DNA of 64,000 nt from positions 44,268,001 through 44,332,000 of the forward strand of contig NC_043001.1 in assembly GCF_006345805.1 (NCBI RefSeq). The letters run 5' to 3'. This DNA comes from Octopus sinensis (Eukaryota). A program made the position numbers and the translations under genes. Under the pieces are notes generated by a model. The model was not told the DNA's origin, ran no database searches, and was given only the letters and a program-made list of their open reading frames with translations. Below are positions 23,504 to 37,868 of this stretch, one piece after another (position 1 is the stretch's first letter; each line of letters starts with the position of its first letter).

Positions 23504-24030
23504 TATACATACATACATGCAAACAAGCATGTATGCAAATGTATATTTTTAATTCTCTCTCTCCCTCTTTCTCTCTCACTGCAGTGTGTGTGTGTGTGTG
23601 TGCGTGTGTGCGTGTGTGTATGTGTGTATGCGTGCGTGTATATGTGTGTATCTTCCTTGTACTCGTTGAATAGAAAAAAAGATGTGTCCGGACTTTTTCT
23701 GAGCGTGCAGCGTACAGACTGTCAGTCGGAACACCAATGTTGTGCAACAGTGAAACATAGCAGAAGATGAGTGAAGAAGATATATTTAAAATCACTTGGG
23801 TATTTTGGTTCGAATGGAGTTTATCTGATACTTACGACAATATTAATTTAACGATGAAGACTGGAATAAACAGGACTGAAAATACAGCTGGCCTTCAAAT
23901 GAATGTGGCTGTTACATAAGTTTTCTAAAATAACATGTTTTCTTCTTAAAGACAAGCAGTTTTTACAAGCTTACACTATGCAGTTGTATTGCAAGTTTTC
24001 AAATCCATCCATCCATCCATCCATCCATCC

Positions 24031-24129
<99 letters not shown>

Positions 24130-24210
24130 CTTCTATCCATCTATCTATCTCGTTTTTGGATTTGGTTTGCAAGATTCTTTATATGAGTTCGTGTATTGAA
24201 GCATATTCTA

Positions 24211-24307
24211 TTGTGTCTAGGAGGAGACATTCTCTTTTAGTGCCTCATGATTTAACAGTCACCTATAAATGATAAGGCACTAAAAGAATGACTCTTTCCA
24301 GACACAA
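24211..24307. repeat. Short foldback, ~36-bp arms
   Basis: tgtgtctaggaggagacattctcttttagtgcctcat / ataaggcactaaaagaatgactctttccagacaca. Confidence 0.8.
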
Positions 24308-24340
24308 CAGTATATATATATATATATATCACACACACAT

Positions 24341-25239
24341 AGGGTGGGACAGAGAGGACGGACGTTTTTGAAAAATTCACAAAATCATTAATTTTAGCTG
24401 CAAACTAAAATGTGTTCGTATCGATTAGCATTTGTCAAAATTAAGTGTAGAAAACAACATCCATCGTGTGGTGTCCGTTTTCATGGATGGATGCATTTCT
24501 GAAGGCGTTCTTGGAAGTTGGCCTCCACTCTCTACAGCATTGCTCTGTTGATTTGGGCGACTTTCATGCGAATAGCTTCCTACAAATCGATTAATGTACG
24601 GGGCATGTGCGCATACACACGTGCCTTGAGGTTTTCCCTCAAGAAATAATCACACATGGACAAATCAGAAGACCGAGGGGGCGGAGAACGTGCGAAGTTA
24701 AGCCACTGTGCATAATTCCATGGTTTTAATTGTTGCCCAGTGACCAATTTGTACGGGTGAAAATGCAGATCATCATGCAAAATACACCTTACCTGTCGAT
24801 TACCGATGCCAAGTTCAGTGGAATGCCTCCAAGCAAAGCGATTCGGACTCTGTATCAAAGCTTGTCTGACGCGTTGTACATTATCCGGGGTCCGTACCAT
24901 TCGTGGAGCCCCCGCTGGTCTCCTATTCATTAGTGTACCTTGTGTACGAAGAGCATTCACCCAACGTAAGATTGTTACAGGTGGAACGGCCTGATTTCGG
25001 TGAATATTGAAGTAACGCCGAAACTCACGCTCAACTGCTGTGACAGACTTGTTATTCTTCATATAATTGTCGTAGGCAAACACACAATGCTCCATCGTCC
25101 ACAATGCCATGGCTTCACCTGAAATGAAAAAAAATGCTAAGACACCACGGACCAAATGGTACCTGTCGGATATATGTCCCTCCTCCTGGGGCTGAGTAAT
25201 AGCCATTTCAAAAACATCCATCCTCTCTACCCCACACTG
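24341..25239 (-). mobile_element. Internally deleted Tc1/mariner element (maT/rosa-like), ~900 bp, ~32-bp TIRs
   Basis: TIRs agggtgggacagagaggacggacgtttttgaaa / tttcaaaaacatccatcctctctaccccacactg; TA flank. Confidence 0.85.
24580..25110 (-). pseudogene. Truncated transposase: HTH (DUF4817-like) fused in frame to PPRSxDL..DYFL, catalytic core deleted
   Basis: MALWTMEHCVFAYDNYMKNNKSVTAVEREFRRYF...HFHPYKL...WLNFA|RSPPPRSSDLSMCDYFL. Confidence 0.8.
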
Positions 25240-25974
25240 TATATATATATATGCACCCACATACATACATACATACATACATACATACATACATACATAC
25301 ATACATACATACACACACACACATACATACATGCATATATACATACATGCATATATACATACACACACACATGCACACACACGCGCACACACACGTGCAT
25401 ACATGCATACATGCATACATACATACATACATACATACATGCATACATACATACATACATACATACATACATACATACATACATACATACATACATACAT
25501 ACATGCAATGCATACATATACATATACATACTCGTTGAGTAATTATTACTTCCGAGGATCTTCTAAATCCCACTGTAGGACACCTAGGGCAAATATCTTC
25601 TAGCACAGCTTTAGATCAGCCAAACCCTTGTGGAAGGCCATTAGAGAGCATGATCTTGTTCTTGGGCGGTAGATTTAACCCGTAATCCGGTTTAACCCCC
25701 CACCTTGCACTTGGATATCTTTAGTGGAGCTGTTGCAGGCATTCGGATTAGTCTTCCGGTCCTAGAATATATACCTGCTGTCCTTTCTACCAGAGGGGCA
25801 CCGTCCTTTCATCTCCCACTAAAAGATTAAGAATAGTAAAAATCCATTTTGTAACAATTCCTACTCGAACCAATGTAGTCACTTGACCTGATAGAAATAG
25901 TATCTTCCTCAGATCACACCCTGGCGCCTTAAAAAAAAAAAAGCAAGGATACAATATACTATTCTCTTTCTCTC

Positions 25975-26385
25975 TTTTCTCTTTCACTTGTTTCAGTCAT
26001 TTGACTGCGGCCATGCTGGGGCACCGCCTTTTAGTCGAGCAAATCGACCCCGGGACTTATTCTTTGTAAGCCCAGTACTTATTCTATCGGTCTCTTTTGC
26101 CGAACCGCTAAGTGACGAGGACGTAAACACACCAGCATCGGTTGTCAAGCAATGCTAGGGGGACAAACACAGACACACAAACACATACACACATACATAT
26201 ATACATATATAAACATATATACGACAGGCTTCTTTCAGTTTCCGTCTACCAAATCCACTCACAAGGCATTAGTCGGCCCGAGGCTATAGCAGAAGACACT
26301 TGCCCAAGATGCCACGCAGTGGGACTGAACCCGGAACCATGTGGTTGGTAAGCAAGCTACTTACCACACAGCTACTCCTGCGCCT
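25975..26385 (-). mobile_element. SINE family B, full length, well preserved
   Basis: Head gcgcaggagtagctgtgtggtaag...ggttccgggttcagtccc; tail gactgaaacaagtgaaagag. Confidence 0.9.
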
Positions 26386-26999
26386 ATGTATTCTTTCATA
26401 CCGCCAAAAGCCGGATGGCTTCGGCTGGACTAGCTTTGATCATAGGTTTTTCTCTATCAGAGTTGATTTGTTGTTAAATAAGAACTCTGTTTCCTGGGCG
26501 CCTTAATGACTAAAGTTAAGAGAAAGCTGAGAACCGAAAGGAAATTCTCAGTGCAGCCTTTTCCTTCACAACGTTCTAGTGTCGAGAACTGGTAGTAATT
26601 AATCAAAAATGAAGAGATGAAAGGTAAATTCAACCTCGGTGGGATTTAGATCCTAAATGAGTTGGTATTTATATTGAAAATAGCAACGAAAAGCATTTCA
26701 TAGTATATCGTGCTTTGGGATATTGGAGATAATGCATATAAAATAAAGCAATCCCAACGCTAAAACCACGTGACGTCAAAATGGAAAATATATAAGCCAG
26801 TGTAAAGCAAATAAATGATTATAAAAACCAGCCCTAAACTTAAAGGGAGATATATTACCCCCTCAACACTTCAGCCATGCTTTGATTCTATTAACGAATG
26901 TGCTAAATGAACCATCGACAGTTATAGATGTCAGGACATATTATAAGCTATCTCCTCCTCAGAGATGCTTTTTAACTATTTATATGGAATAACGCCCGA

Positions 27000-27182
27000 C
27001 TAGAGAACGTGCAAAAATATGCACATGAATTTATTGGGGTTATCAAAATGAAAGTAGGATGTGCCAAATGTGTTGAAACTACTCTAAGAAGAAGTAAATT
27101 AATTGAAACTGAGAAAGTTTGTTCAGATCCAGACACTAAAATCGAAAAATTAAACCAGTAGTACTCATGGAAATACCTAAGC
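27000..27182 (+). pseudogene. R4/Dong-like RT fragment (post-YMDD)
   Basis: IKMKVGCAKC...KLIETEK...YSWKYL parallels MEFGLEKCAK...TYKYLG at 7.5 kb. Confidence 0.45.
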
Positions 27183-27685
27183 ATTTTTGTTGTTGTTTAG
27201 AGCCAACTCAGCTAGATTCAAGGCGTTCAAGCCTAAACCATCTCATCATTATTCAGGTATAATGTATCAAGGATAACACCATCCAATATCTCTGTTTTTA
27301 AGAAGTTAGGGTGTGATTTTAAACACAAATTCATTGATGCATACTATTCCTAACAGATGGAGCGACCAGTATAGGAAGTAGATGAAACTGATAGGATGCA
27401 ATACAGAAATGAAGAAGGAATTAGAAAAATGTAACTACAAAAGAGACAGACTAATATTAAATCCAGTCTTCGTGCGGTCGCTCGACCCGCTACAAATAGA
27501 AAGCAAATCTTCATAAAATTTCTGCTACTGGTTTGCAAAAAGAAAGGGGACACGATAATGTTGATCAAGATACACTTGGCTTTAAAAATGAGTGAAAGCT
27601 TTGGATCAAAACTTTATTTAACTGATGTTAAACAGTAACAACTACAGTAGCAATGACACCACACATATTCTACATAGCACAAGAT

Positions 27686-27760
27686 ACATTGCACATACTC
27701 TGCACAATAGACATTGCACATACTCTGCACAATAGACATTGCACATACTCTGCACAATAA
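27686..27760. repeat. 25-bp minisatellite x3 (acattgcacatactctgcacaatag)
   Basis: Units start at 27686, 27711 and 27736. Confidence 0.9.
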
Positions 27761-28704
27761 CCAGAACAACGAACATAGCCAAGACAACCAACACCCAATA
27801 AAAATTTTATTGCCACATAATAGAATAACGTAAACATTAACAAAAGCATATTCTTGTCAGTTGTCATTCAGTGCTATAACGCAACCGACACAGTACGTAC
27901 CCGGGACAATCACAGCCTTAATGAAATAACACAAATCACATAACATTCTATATGTAACAACGGGCGAAACAATAAACACCAGAAACAACTAAACAAGCCC
28001 TTGAAGCAAAGACGTTAACTTAGATATACGTTTTTACACGCACCAAAGAAAATGTGTCACAATGCTGGACCTCAAGAACATAGAAACGTTTTAACTGTGC
28101 ATTAGAAACTTGCAGGAAACTATTGAAAACAGATAATAGACGTCACAGTACTTAATAATGTCGTCACAGTACTTAAACTAGTGCTATATTGGTCAAGCAA
28201 TAAACGTACTTGACCCAACAAAATGTTGGGTTGAGCTCTAACAAACCTTGACTATAATTCTGTAACCTCGCCACGCATTAGAAATATCGATTTTTTTTCC
28301 AATTTTTAATCTGCATTAGCTTTCTTAAACTTGGTTTAAAATTGCATATACTTTTTGTTAAAATATTTAAATTTTATTGACTACGAAAGGATGGAAGAAA
28401 AAGATATAAGGAAGAGGGGTAAAGAAAGAGAAATAAAGACACCAAGCGCTACAAAGACAGAGAAAAGGTAATAAAGACTTTAAACCGCATATAGTATATA
28501 TCACAGATTAGCTTCATATGTTCAACACATATTAAATATAAATTCATGAAAATTTGTTTATGCGCATATTTATTATAATGTAAATATTTATATATATGCA
28601 AGTATACAAGCAGAAATAATTATCTAAACACAAATTCATGGATTATATGTTCTGCGTATATTCATGACCGCGCACACACACACACGCAAGTATATATATA
28701 TATA

Positions 28705-28706
28705 AG

Positions 28707-28766
<60 letters not shown>

Positions 28767-28767
28767 T
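28705..28767. repeat. Uninterrupted (TAA)n tract
   Basis: Direct read. Confidence 0.95.
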
Positions 28768-29274
28768 GTATCTTAATGAACAGACACACACATGTATCTA
28801 TGTATGCATGTATGTAAGTTTGTATCAGTATACATAATATATAAATTATAAATTTATACTAAACGCGCGCGCGCACATATATAAGCATGTGTGCGTAAGA
28901 CGTTTTTAAAGTCCTGTGTGTTTTTAGTCACATGACTTACTTTCGTTTTCTTTTGTGTGAAACCTAACGTTTTCCAGGCAAACACTATCCACTTCTTCCA
29001 AGTGTCGAAATCGTACAGAAAGTTGACTAATGAAATGGGTTTTTCATGTCTATATTTTGTTGTTTTTCTTAGTTGTCCCACACGTCCTTTATCCTTATTT
29101 TGAATAACCATTTCTTGTATACTTAGTCATATTTTTCATCGTAATTGATTTGTCTTCTCTCGCTGGAGCTTATATTATCTTTTTTTCAGTGCATTCTGCA
29201 CCTCAAGCTCTTTTTCACCAACTTTCTCTCACTCTATATCTTGCCCCCTTTCTGTCTCTCTTTCGCTCTTTTTT

Positions 29275-29670
29275 CTTATTTCTTTATTGCCCATAAGGGG
29301 CTAAATATAGAGGGGACAAACAAGGACAGACAAAGGGACTAAGTTGATTACACGGACTTCAGTGCGTAACTGGTACTTAATTTGTCGACCCTTAAAGGAT
29401 TAAAGGCAAAGTCGACCTCGGCTGAATTTGAACTCTGAACGTAACTGCAGACGATATACCTATTTCTTTACTACCCACAAGGGGATAAACACAGAGGGGA
29501 CAAACAAGGACAAACAAACGGATTAAGTCGATTACATCGACCCCAGTGCGTAACTGGTATTTATTTAATCGACACCGAAGGGATGAAAGGCAAAGTCGAC
29601 CTCGGGGGAATTTGAACTCAGAACGTAACGGCATACGAAATACGGCTAACGTTTCTGCCGGCTCACCGCC
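29275..29670 (-). mobile_element. Dimeric SINE family A
   Basis: Two tandem bodies joined at ...atac|ctatttctttactacccac (~29460). Confidence 0.85.
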
Positions 29671-30299
29671 TTTCTCTCTCTTCTCTGTCAAACCGCATGC
29701 TCCTGTTTATATCGCATGCTACTTTCTCTCAGCCTTTTGTTTCGCGAGCGTCTCACTGAGCGCAAGTATTCAATATTTCTCTTTACTCTGGATCAATAAA
29801 TAGACGAAGATCCATATTTTCTACCTACCATGGTACTTTCTATTTTTGTCTCTGCCTAAAGTTGAATGATACCATTGTCTCTACTATGTATTTGTTCTTA
29901 TTTGTGTTCAGGTCTTTTTCTCTGTCTTGTTGGTTTTCAATAGTAAAACTTCTTTTAACAACCATATGTTTTTAGTTGCAAAACTTGTCTTTATCATCTT
30001 TTGTATAAAATCTGCTGTCTTCCAGACGAACGATACCGAATTTTTCAAAACGCCGAGATTGTAAAGACTCTAGAAAGTTGGCTGATGAAATTAATTTATC
30101 CATCTCTGCTTTTAGCCCTTCTGTTATATGTCTTTCCCACTCTCACACTATCTTTCTCTCGCTCTGTCTTGCCAGCTGATGATGGGAAACGAATAACTCT
30201 GAGTATTGAAAAACGGTGCCTATCACTTATAACTTATTAAAGAGTACTGAGCCCACTAATTTAGCTCTTCTGATGAATCAACAAAGATTTATATATATA

Positions 30300-30368
30300 T
30301 ACTATAGCCTCGAGCCGACTAAAGCCTTGTGAGTGGATTTGGTAGACGGAAACTGAAAGAACCCTGTC

Positions 30369-30408
<40 letters not shown>

Positions 30409-30625
30409 GTGTGTGTGTATATGTTTGTGTGTCTGTGTTTGTCCCCCCTCCCAACATCGCTTGACAACCGATTCTGGTATGCTTATGTCCCTGTAACGTA
30501 GCGGTTCGGCAAAAGAGACCAATAGAATAAAAATTAGGCTTACAAAGAATAAGTCCTGGGGTCGATTTGTTCGACTAAATGCGGTGCTCCAGCATGGCCG
30601 CAATTAAATGACTGAAACGAAAAGG
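30300..30625 (+). mobile_element. SINE family B, head missing
   Basis: actatagcctcgagccgac...cagcatggccgcaattaaatgactgaaac. Confidence 0.85.
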
Positions 30626-30942
30626 AAAATATATACATATACATACAGAGAGAGGGAGAGAGAGAGAGAGAAGGAGAGAGAGGGAGGGAGAAGGAGAGAG
30701 AGATGTAGATAAATAAATATGTATATACAAATGTGCGTGTATGTATTATGCATGTGTGTGTATATGTGTGTGTGCTCGTGCGCGCGCGTGTATGTGAGTG
30801 AAATATTTATAAACAGACATATGCAAGCATATTTATGGTGTGGTGCATATACATATATAAATACACACACAAACACACACAGATATATACATCTTCCTAA
30901 TGATCATGGGTTCACTCTAGTGTAAAATAGATTACATTCAAT

Positions 30943-30984
<42 letters not shown>

Positions 30985-31191
30985 TAGTTATAAGTAGTTA
31001 TATGCATGTGTGTATGTATATCGTATAGAAGCATTATGACTATATGTAAATAAACATATGCACTGAGCGACCAGTTTACTCGCTTAAAACATGTAAATGA
31101 ATCCATGTGCACATACGTGGGTGTGTTTTGTGTGTGCATGTGCGCGTGGATATGTGTGCGTACTTGCAAACGCACTCATGCATATGCATTT

Positions 31192-31238
<47 letters not shown>

Positions 31239-31399
31239 ACTTTGAAAATGTGTGTTGCTAATTTTATTTTTATAAACTTAAAACTAAATAGAAAAAAATA
31301 CCTGGACACACCTATATAAACAGATAGGTATCTAATAGTAGGAGCATGCATATATATATATATAATATATATATATAACACACACATACGTATCCGTAT

Positions 31400-31542
31400 A
31401 CATATGCACACATATATACATATACTTATTTATATATGTATATATATTTATATATATATATATATATATAATATATATGTATATACGTTATATATATCAG
31501 TGTATGTGTGTTTGTTTACGTACATATATATACATAATGTAC

Positions 31543-31581
<39 letters not shown>

Positions 31582-32220
31582 TACATACATATTATATTCT
31601 ATATACATATACAATATATATATACACATACATATATATATACATACATATATATATATATACATACGTATATATATATACATACATATATATATATATA
31701 TATAACATATATCTATATATATACATACATATATAATATATACATACATATATATATACATACATATATATATACATACATATATATATACATGCATATA
31801 TATATACATACATAATATTATTATACATATAATACATTATATATATAATATACTACCATAGATATATATATATATACATAATATATATATATATACATAC
31901 ATATATAATACATATATATATATATACATACAAATATATACATACATATATATATAACATACATATATATATATATATACATACCTATATATATATATTA
32001 CATACATATATATATATATATTACATACATATATATATATATATACATAATATATATATATATATACATACATATATATATATATACATACATATATATA
32101 TACATACATATATATATATGCATACACATATATATACACATATATATATACATACATATATACATATACATACATATATACATACATATATATATGTATT
32201 CATATATATACATACACAAA
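31400..32220. repeat. ~800-bp (TA)n/(TACA)n mosaic microsatellite
   Basis: Direct read. Confidence 0.95.
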
Positions 32221-32714
32221 TCTGTACATACATATACACTCACATACATTATACCCTTACAAAGAGCATCATACTTTTGCCCTTCCCCCACTCGCCCACC
32301 CATATCAGTCGTGTATCAACCTACACACGTGTAAATACTTAAGTTACACAGACATGCACAACTTGGTTTACATGTACAAACATACCTATCTGTATAGATT
32401 TAGTTGAGATGTGTATGGCAGTGTAACTAATTTATTGTGCGTGTGCGTGTGTCTGCGAGTGTGTGTGTGTATGTGTGTGTGTGTGTGTGTGCACTGGAGG
32501 GGGGGGCAAAGAAATGTGTATTTGGCACTGTCTATGAATGTGTTCATGCCTTTGGGAATATCTATGTATGTATGTATGTATATATCTATCTATCTATGTA
32601 TCTATCTATCTATCTATCTATCAATCTATCCACACACATATACATACAAACACACACCTATATACATATATACACGCACACACACACCTATATAGATATA
32701 TATACACACACACG

Positions 32715-32747
<33 letters not shown>

Positions 32748-33229
32748 GTATACGTACATACACACACACGCACGCACACACACACATGCGAGTGTGACTC
32801 TATATGTGTATTGCGCGTGCGTTCTGTGTGACTAGAGCGCGTTGTATACTGGAAGGATTTCAAAACATTTCTTCAAGAAATTAGCTTGGTGGAATATCTC
32901 GTACACTGGGAACGGCATCTGGCTCTATATACCCTAATTCATGGAATGTAATATAGGAAAGGTATGCCTATCTCCCTATCCTACTGTTGTACCTCTCCTT
33001 TTCTCTATATATACTTACACCACACACACACACACACACGTCTGATAGCGTCATAGACAGAGATACGTCACATAGCTTCACACTCATAAACACGCTCATA
33101 CACATGTATACACACGCATAAACATAAAGTATACACGTAGATATTGCTTCATACACACACGCGTGCTTGCTCACACACTATTATATGTCAGATCACTGTT
33201 GGCTCCTCTGTCACCCATGCCTCAAGCCC

Positions 33230-33430
33230 ATTGTTTTCTTTTCTGGTCATTTCAGCATGGAAAGACCATATTTTTGAGAAACGCTTGTTCTTTTCTCTGC
33301 ACCATTCCTTTCCGCTGAAGGGCGTACGCTCGAAACGTTAAAGATTTCTTTCCGTTTACTGAGCGTCAGCATAATACACCATGTGTTTCTTTTACATCTT
33401 CATTTGTTTTTTTTATTCCTGTACTACACA
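33230..33430 (+). mobile_element. Penelope-like terminal fragment with minimal hammerhead-like motif (33308-33343)
   Basis: CUUU-CCGCUGA-A-GGGC(GUAC)GCUC-GAAA-CG-UU-AAAG. Confidence 0.55.
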
Positions 33431-33707
33431 CATACACACACATATACACCACATACATGAAAAGAGAAAGAAACAACTGAATAACAAGTTTGTTACACTC
33501 ACACACGCACACATATATCTGTCAGTAATTCATATACACGGAAAAGAAACACACTCTAAAACAGAGCAGTAGTATAGTCAGAAGGTTGATTGTTTTGACC
33601 ATTGGTTTCAGACCTATAAAAGGCTTAGCTGTATAGGTGCGAAACCAACGGCCAGTCTCTCACCAGCCATAACAAACAACCTTCTCTCTCTCTCTTTACA
33701 TATATAC

Positions 33708-33803
<96 letters not shown>

Positions 33804-33805
33804 TC

Positions 33806-33837
<32 letters not shown>

Positions 33838-34213
33838 TAGATAGATAGATAGATAGATAGATAGAGATAGATAGATAGATAAAATAACCAGGCAACTATA
33901 CGCAATATAGAACCAAAAAGGAAAAATTCGATTGTAACTAATTTTCACTGACGGTGCAGGGTAGCACCTACATAAGAGTTTTAAAACATCTTTAGCCACA
34001 AGAAAGTACAGTTCCATATACTGACAGGGGAGTTAGCCACCCCACAACAAGCAAGATCACTACACTAGTCTAATTTCATTCCCTGTGGAGCGGTTACCTT
34101 CCCTGCCAGTGTATGGAACTCTGCTTCCTTACAGCTAAGGGTTTTTAAACACTTATTTCTAATAACGTATGTTCTACCCCGTACAGTTAGTCATAGTTAG
34201 TGACAATTGTATA

Positions 34214-35085
34214 CCGTAAATCCTCGAGTATAGTCCACCCTTGAGTATAATACGCAGGGGATCTTTAGGGGGCTGCACCACTGAAAAATCTAAACCTTGT
34301 GTATAATACGCACCCCTTCTCTAACTTGAGTCAAAGAGGTCTATATAACGTCCTTGGTTTGTAAAAATGTATACGTTAACGTCCATTATTATTGTTGTAT
34401 ATATAACATAATGCAAAAGTGTAGCTTTTCAAATTTTCTTCCGGCGGCCCTATTACCATGTTCTTCAGCATATGATATAACTTCAAGTTTAAATATAGCC
34501 GAATAAGATCTACGAGGCATTTATGGGCATGTAATGTATAAAATGTTTTATTGGAGATTAATGTACAGGCTTAAGTCCCGCTTATAAATAACCCTAGTAA
34601 AGAACCACAGTAGTTCAAACATTTAATACTGGTATTTAATTAAGTATCTATTGTTTGCCACGGTAATGATGCAAACTGCCAATACAAACAGCAGGATGAA
34701 CTATTTAGCGCTAAACTATTAAGCACAATTCGTGCGTAATTAAGCCAGCAGCACCTAGTCGAACAAGCACATCTGCACATGCGTAATACAATAATGGTGA
34801 TGTTCTTAACTGTTATATGGGAATGTATATATGTTTGAAAATTGTTTTTGTTACTGCAAGTTATGGATGATTCTTTTATGACTTCATTGCTTTCAGGCTT
34901 AGCTTGATGTATTTTCGCGCCCGACATCACAAAATGCGTCTGAATAAGCATTGCCGGACAGCAAATAGAGACTTGAACATTGCTTAGAAAATAATTTTCA
35001 TTTTTAACCTCGTGTATAATACGCACTAAGGATTTTGACCTTTAAATTTTGGGGGAAAATGCGGATTATACTCGAGGATTTATGG
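34214..35085 (-). mobile_element. pogo/Tc2-like non-autonomous DNA transposon, TA TSD
   Basis: TIRs ccgtaaatcctcgagtata / tatactcgaggatttatgg, TA on both sides; subterminal gtataatacgca repeats; residual MPRRSYSAIFKLEVISYAEEHGNRAAGRKF (Brinker-type DBD) at 34419-34520 (-). Confidence 0.85.
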
Positions 35086-35099
35086 TATATATTAGTTTC

Positions 35100-35475
35100 C
35101 TTGTATTTGTTTCAGTCATTTGACTGCAGCCATCCTGGAGCATCGCCTTTAGTCGAACAGATCGATCTCAGGACTTATTCTTTGTAAGTTTCTTATTCTA
35201 TCGGTCTATTTGGCAGAACCGCTAAGTTATGGGGACGTAAACGAACCAACATCGGTTGTCAAGCGATGGTGGGCGGGGACAAACACAGACACACAAACAT
35301 ATACATATATACGACAGGCTTCTTTCAGTTTCCGTCTACCAGATCCACTCACAAGGCTTTGGTCGGCCCGAGGCTATAGTAGTAGACACTTGCTGAAGGT
35401 GCCACACAGTGGGACTGAACCCAGAACCATGTGGATGATAAGCAAGCTACTTACCACACAGAAACACCTGCGCCT
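35100..35475 (-). mobile_element. SINE family B
   Basis: Full alignment to the 25975-26385 copy. Confidence 0.88.
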
Positions 35476-36184
35476 ATATATATATATGTACATACCTATA
35501 TATATATGTATATATACATGCATATATGCGTACAGGACATCAAGAAAACTTAGACAAAATGAGAAACGAGACAGGCAACATAAAAAACGTTCCCTTCATC
35601 AGTTGTTCCCTGTTTTTTCTACACCGCATTCGAAGGTAGAGACAAGGCGCGACTTCGTTAAAACAGTCCTTACCGCAAAGCAAATTAAATAAAATTTGGG
35701 ATAGTTTGCGGAGGGCGAAAGTGGTAACAAAAACAGGACAGTGAGAACAAAACAGTAAAAACAAGCGGTGAGAGCTGTTAAGCCAAGATGACATGAAGTG
35801 GTGAACGCTGGAAAAACGAGCTTTGAGAAGAGACAGGTAAAAGCACTTCTTGTCTTTAGGAAGGAAGTGGAAGAAAGAAAGATGGATGTCTGTTGGTCAC
35901 GTGTGAGCAACGAGAGAGGAAGAGTGATAGAGAGAGGGAACGGTGAAGGGGAGAGGAGAAAAATAGGGAAAGGGTGGGAGAGAAAAACAGAAAGGTAGAA
36001 GAACAAGTGAGGGAGATACATAGAAAGAATAGAGATAGAATAAGAGTGCGCATCGTAATTATTAAGATATTTGAGCATCAATCTTCTGGTAAAGTGTCGA
36101 TGAAAGAAAAGTAGAATTATGCAATAAAATGAGCTGTTCACTCTGTTCTTCTTGTTAATGTTAACACACATACATACACACACA

Positions 36185-36235
<51 letters not shown>

Positions 36236-36236
36236 G

Positions 36237-36285
<49 letters not shown>

Positions 36286-36659
36286 ACGTACTTATTAATG
36301 TAGATAACATTGCCTGCACCACAATTTAAGGCAAGACATTCAATGAAATGTAGTAAGGTGTAGATACTTGTTTATTTAGATGGTGACATATAAGTTTTTT
36401 TCGTGTTTCTTTCACATTTCGAAACTATCAGAGTGCAGAGTTAAATTTATGGTTCTTATATGTGTAGCTGAGAAGAGTGGCTGTGCTGTTCAATACTGGC
36501 CAATATACTGTGATATCCTTAAATGTGTAAAGTAGGTAAGATATTAAAGAAGGTGCTGAAATAGTTGACCTTTAGTAATATATATATATATATATATAAA
36601 TACATTCCACATGTACATCCTTTTGACTTCTGTTGTTTTCTTTTTATTTTCAATTTGCA

Positions 36660-36698
<39 letters not shown>

Positions 36699-36769
36699 TA
36701 TTATAGAGAAAGAGAGGGAGAGAGCGAGAGAGTTGTTGTTAATGCTATTATTAATATGCAATATCATAC

Positions 36770-36975
36770 TGGTTTTAAATTTTGACACAAGGCCAGCAAT
36801 TTGGGGGTATGCCGATTAATCGACCCAAGTTATCAACTGGTACTTACTTTATCGACCCTGAAAGATAAAAAGCAAAGTCGACACTGGCGGCATTTGAACT
36901 CAGACCATAAATTCGAAAGAAATGCTACTAAGCATTCTGTCAGGAGCCGTAACGATTCTGCCACCTCACCGCATT
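36770..36975 (-). mobile_element. SINE family A
   Basis: tttgacacaaggccagcaatt...aacgattctgccacctcaccgc. Confidence 0.8.
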
Positions 36976-37452
36976 AATATGCAATGTCATATTACAAAAT
37001 AATGTGGAAAAGTGGAATGAATTTACATGTGTGTGTGTGTGTGTGTAACATTCGTAGCCACTTTAACATGGCTGTCCGTTCGAATGGAATCTACTGCGAT
37101 TTTAACCCCTAAGAGGACATCTCCTCTAGCTAGTTAACAATGCAAAGCTACATCCGATAAGTTGTGAGCGAACTCCTAACACCTTCTAGCGACGGGACTA
37201 GCAGACCAGTCTTAGTTTCGGGTTATTTCTTCCTCTCTTCATTACTGGACACCTCGTCTGCTAGAGATATATTCTTTATTTTGATAATATTTATCGGACA
37301 AAGAGGGGACAATACAGGACATCACAAACAAAAAGTGTTCATAAATGAGTTTTAAAAATATGATGATGTATTTTAAATCTAATTAAAACATTTTAAACCT
37401 TGGCCGTTAAGTCCACCGTACTACCATACTGTGGTTGAGATTAAGCAGGGTC

Positions 37453-37868
37453 GGATCTTTTCGGTTTGAACGGCAGTTTTTAACATAATTTTTAGGTAGC
37501 TAAATAATTTTAAACTTCGTATACTGATAGAATGTGTTTATAAAACATCTTTTTCTCTTGGTTTTATTGAGAAAATTCTATAGTTTGTAAGATATTTGTT
37601 GTTTTTTTCTTCAATTTCTGCAATTTCAACCAATCAAATACGTCTATTGAGGTAAAAAAAACATTCTGTGCCGTATGAATATGTCCCTCGTTTAAGAAAC
37701 AGATTGGGTTTATTTACATTTGTGAAGAAAAAAGATACCCTTCCCCCACCCCTAACTCTAACCCTAAAACAGATTGAAATGCAATAGATCATTACTAGGG
37801 TCATAATTATGGGTGACAATTTCATATGACACCGCTAGAAAAAACTGCCGTTCAAACCGAAAAGATCC
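37453..37868. mobile_element. MITE with ~29-bp perfect TIRs (5'-GG) and 8-bp TSD, Merlin-like
   Basis: ggatcttttcggtttgaacggcagttttt at both ends; TSD gcagggtc at 37445-37452 and 37869-37876. Confidence 0.85.

Noticed and set aside
24580-25500. 306-aa ORF as a single protein
   Set aside because: The N-terminal ~130 aa is (TACA)n read-through; the real start is ~25110 inside the transposon.
26767-26778. CACGTGACGTCA (E-box plus CRE) as a promoter
   Set aside because: A single motif inside degenerate TE-like sequence, with no other support.
27686-27760. 25-bp repeat x3 resembling a CRISPR array
   Set aside because: The units are contiguous with no unique spacers, there are no cas genes, and the context is eukaryotic.
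35540-36183. Purine-rich block with several 65-194-aa ORFs
   Set aside because: Strand skew explains the open frames; no recognisable domain or splice structure.
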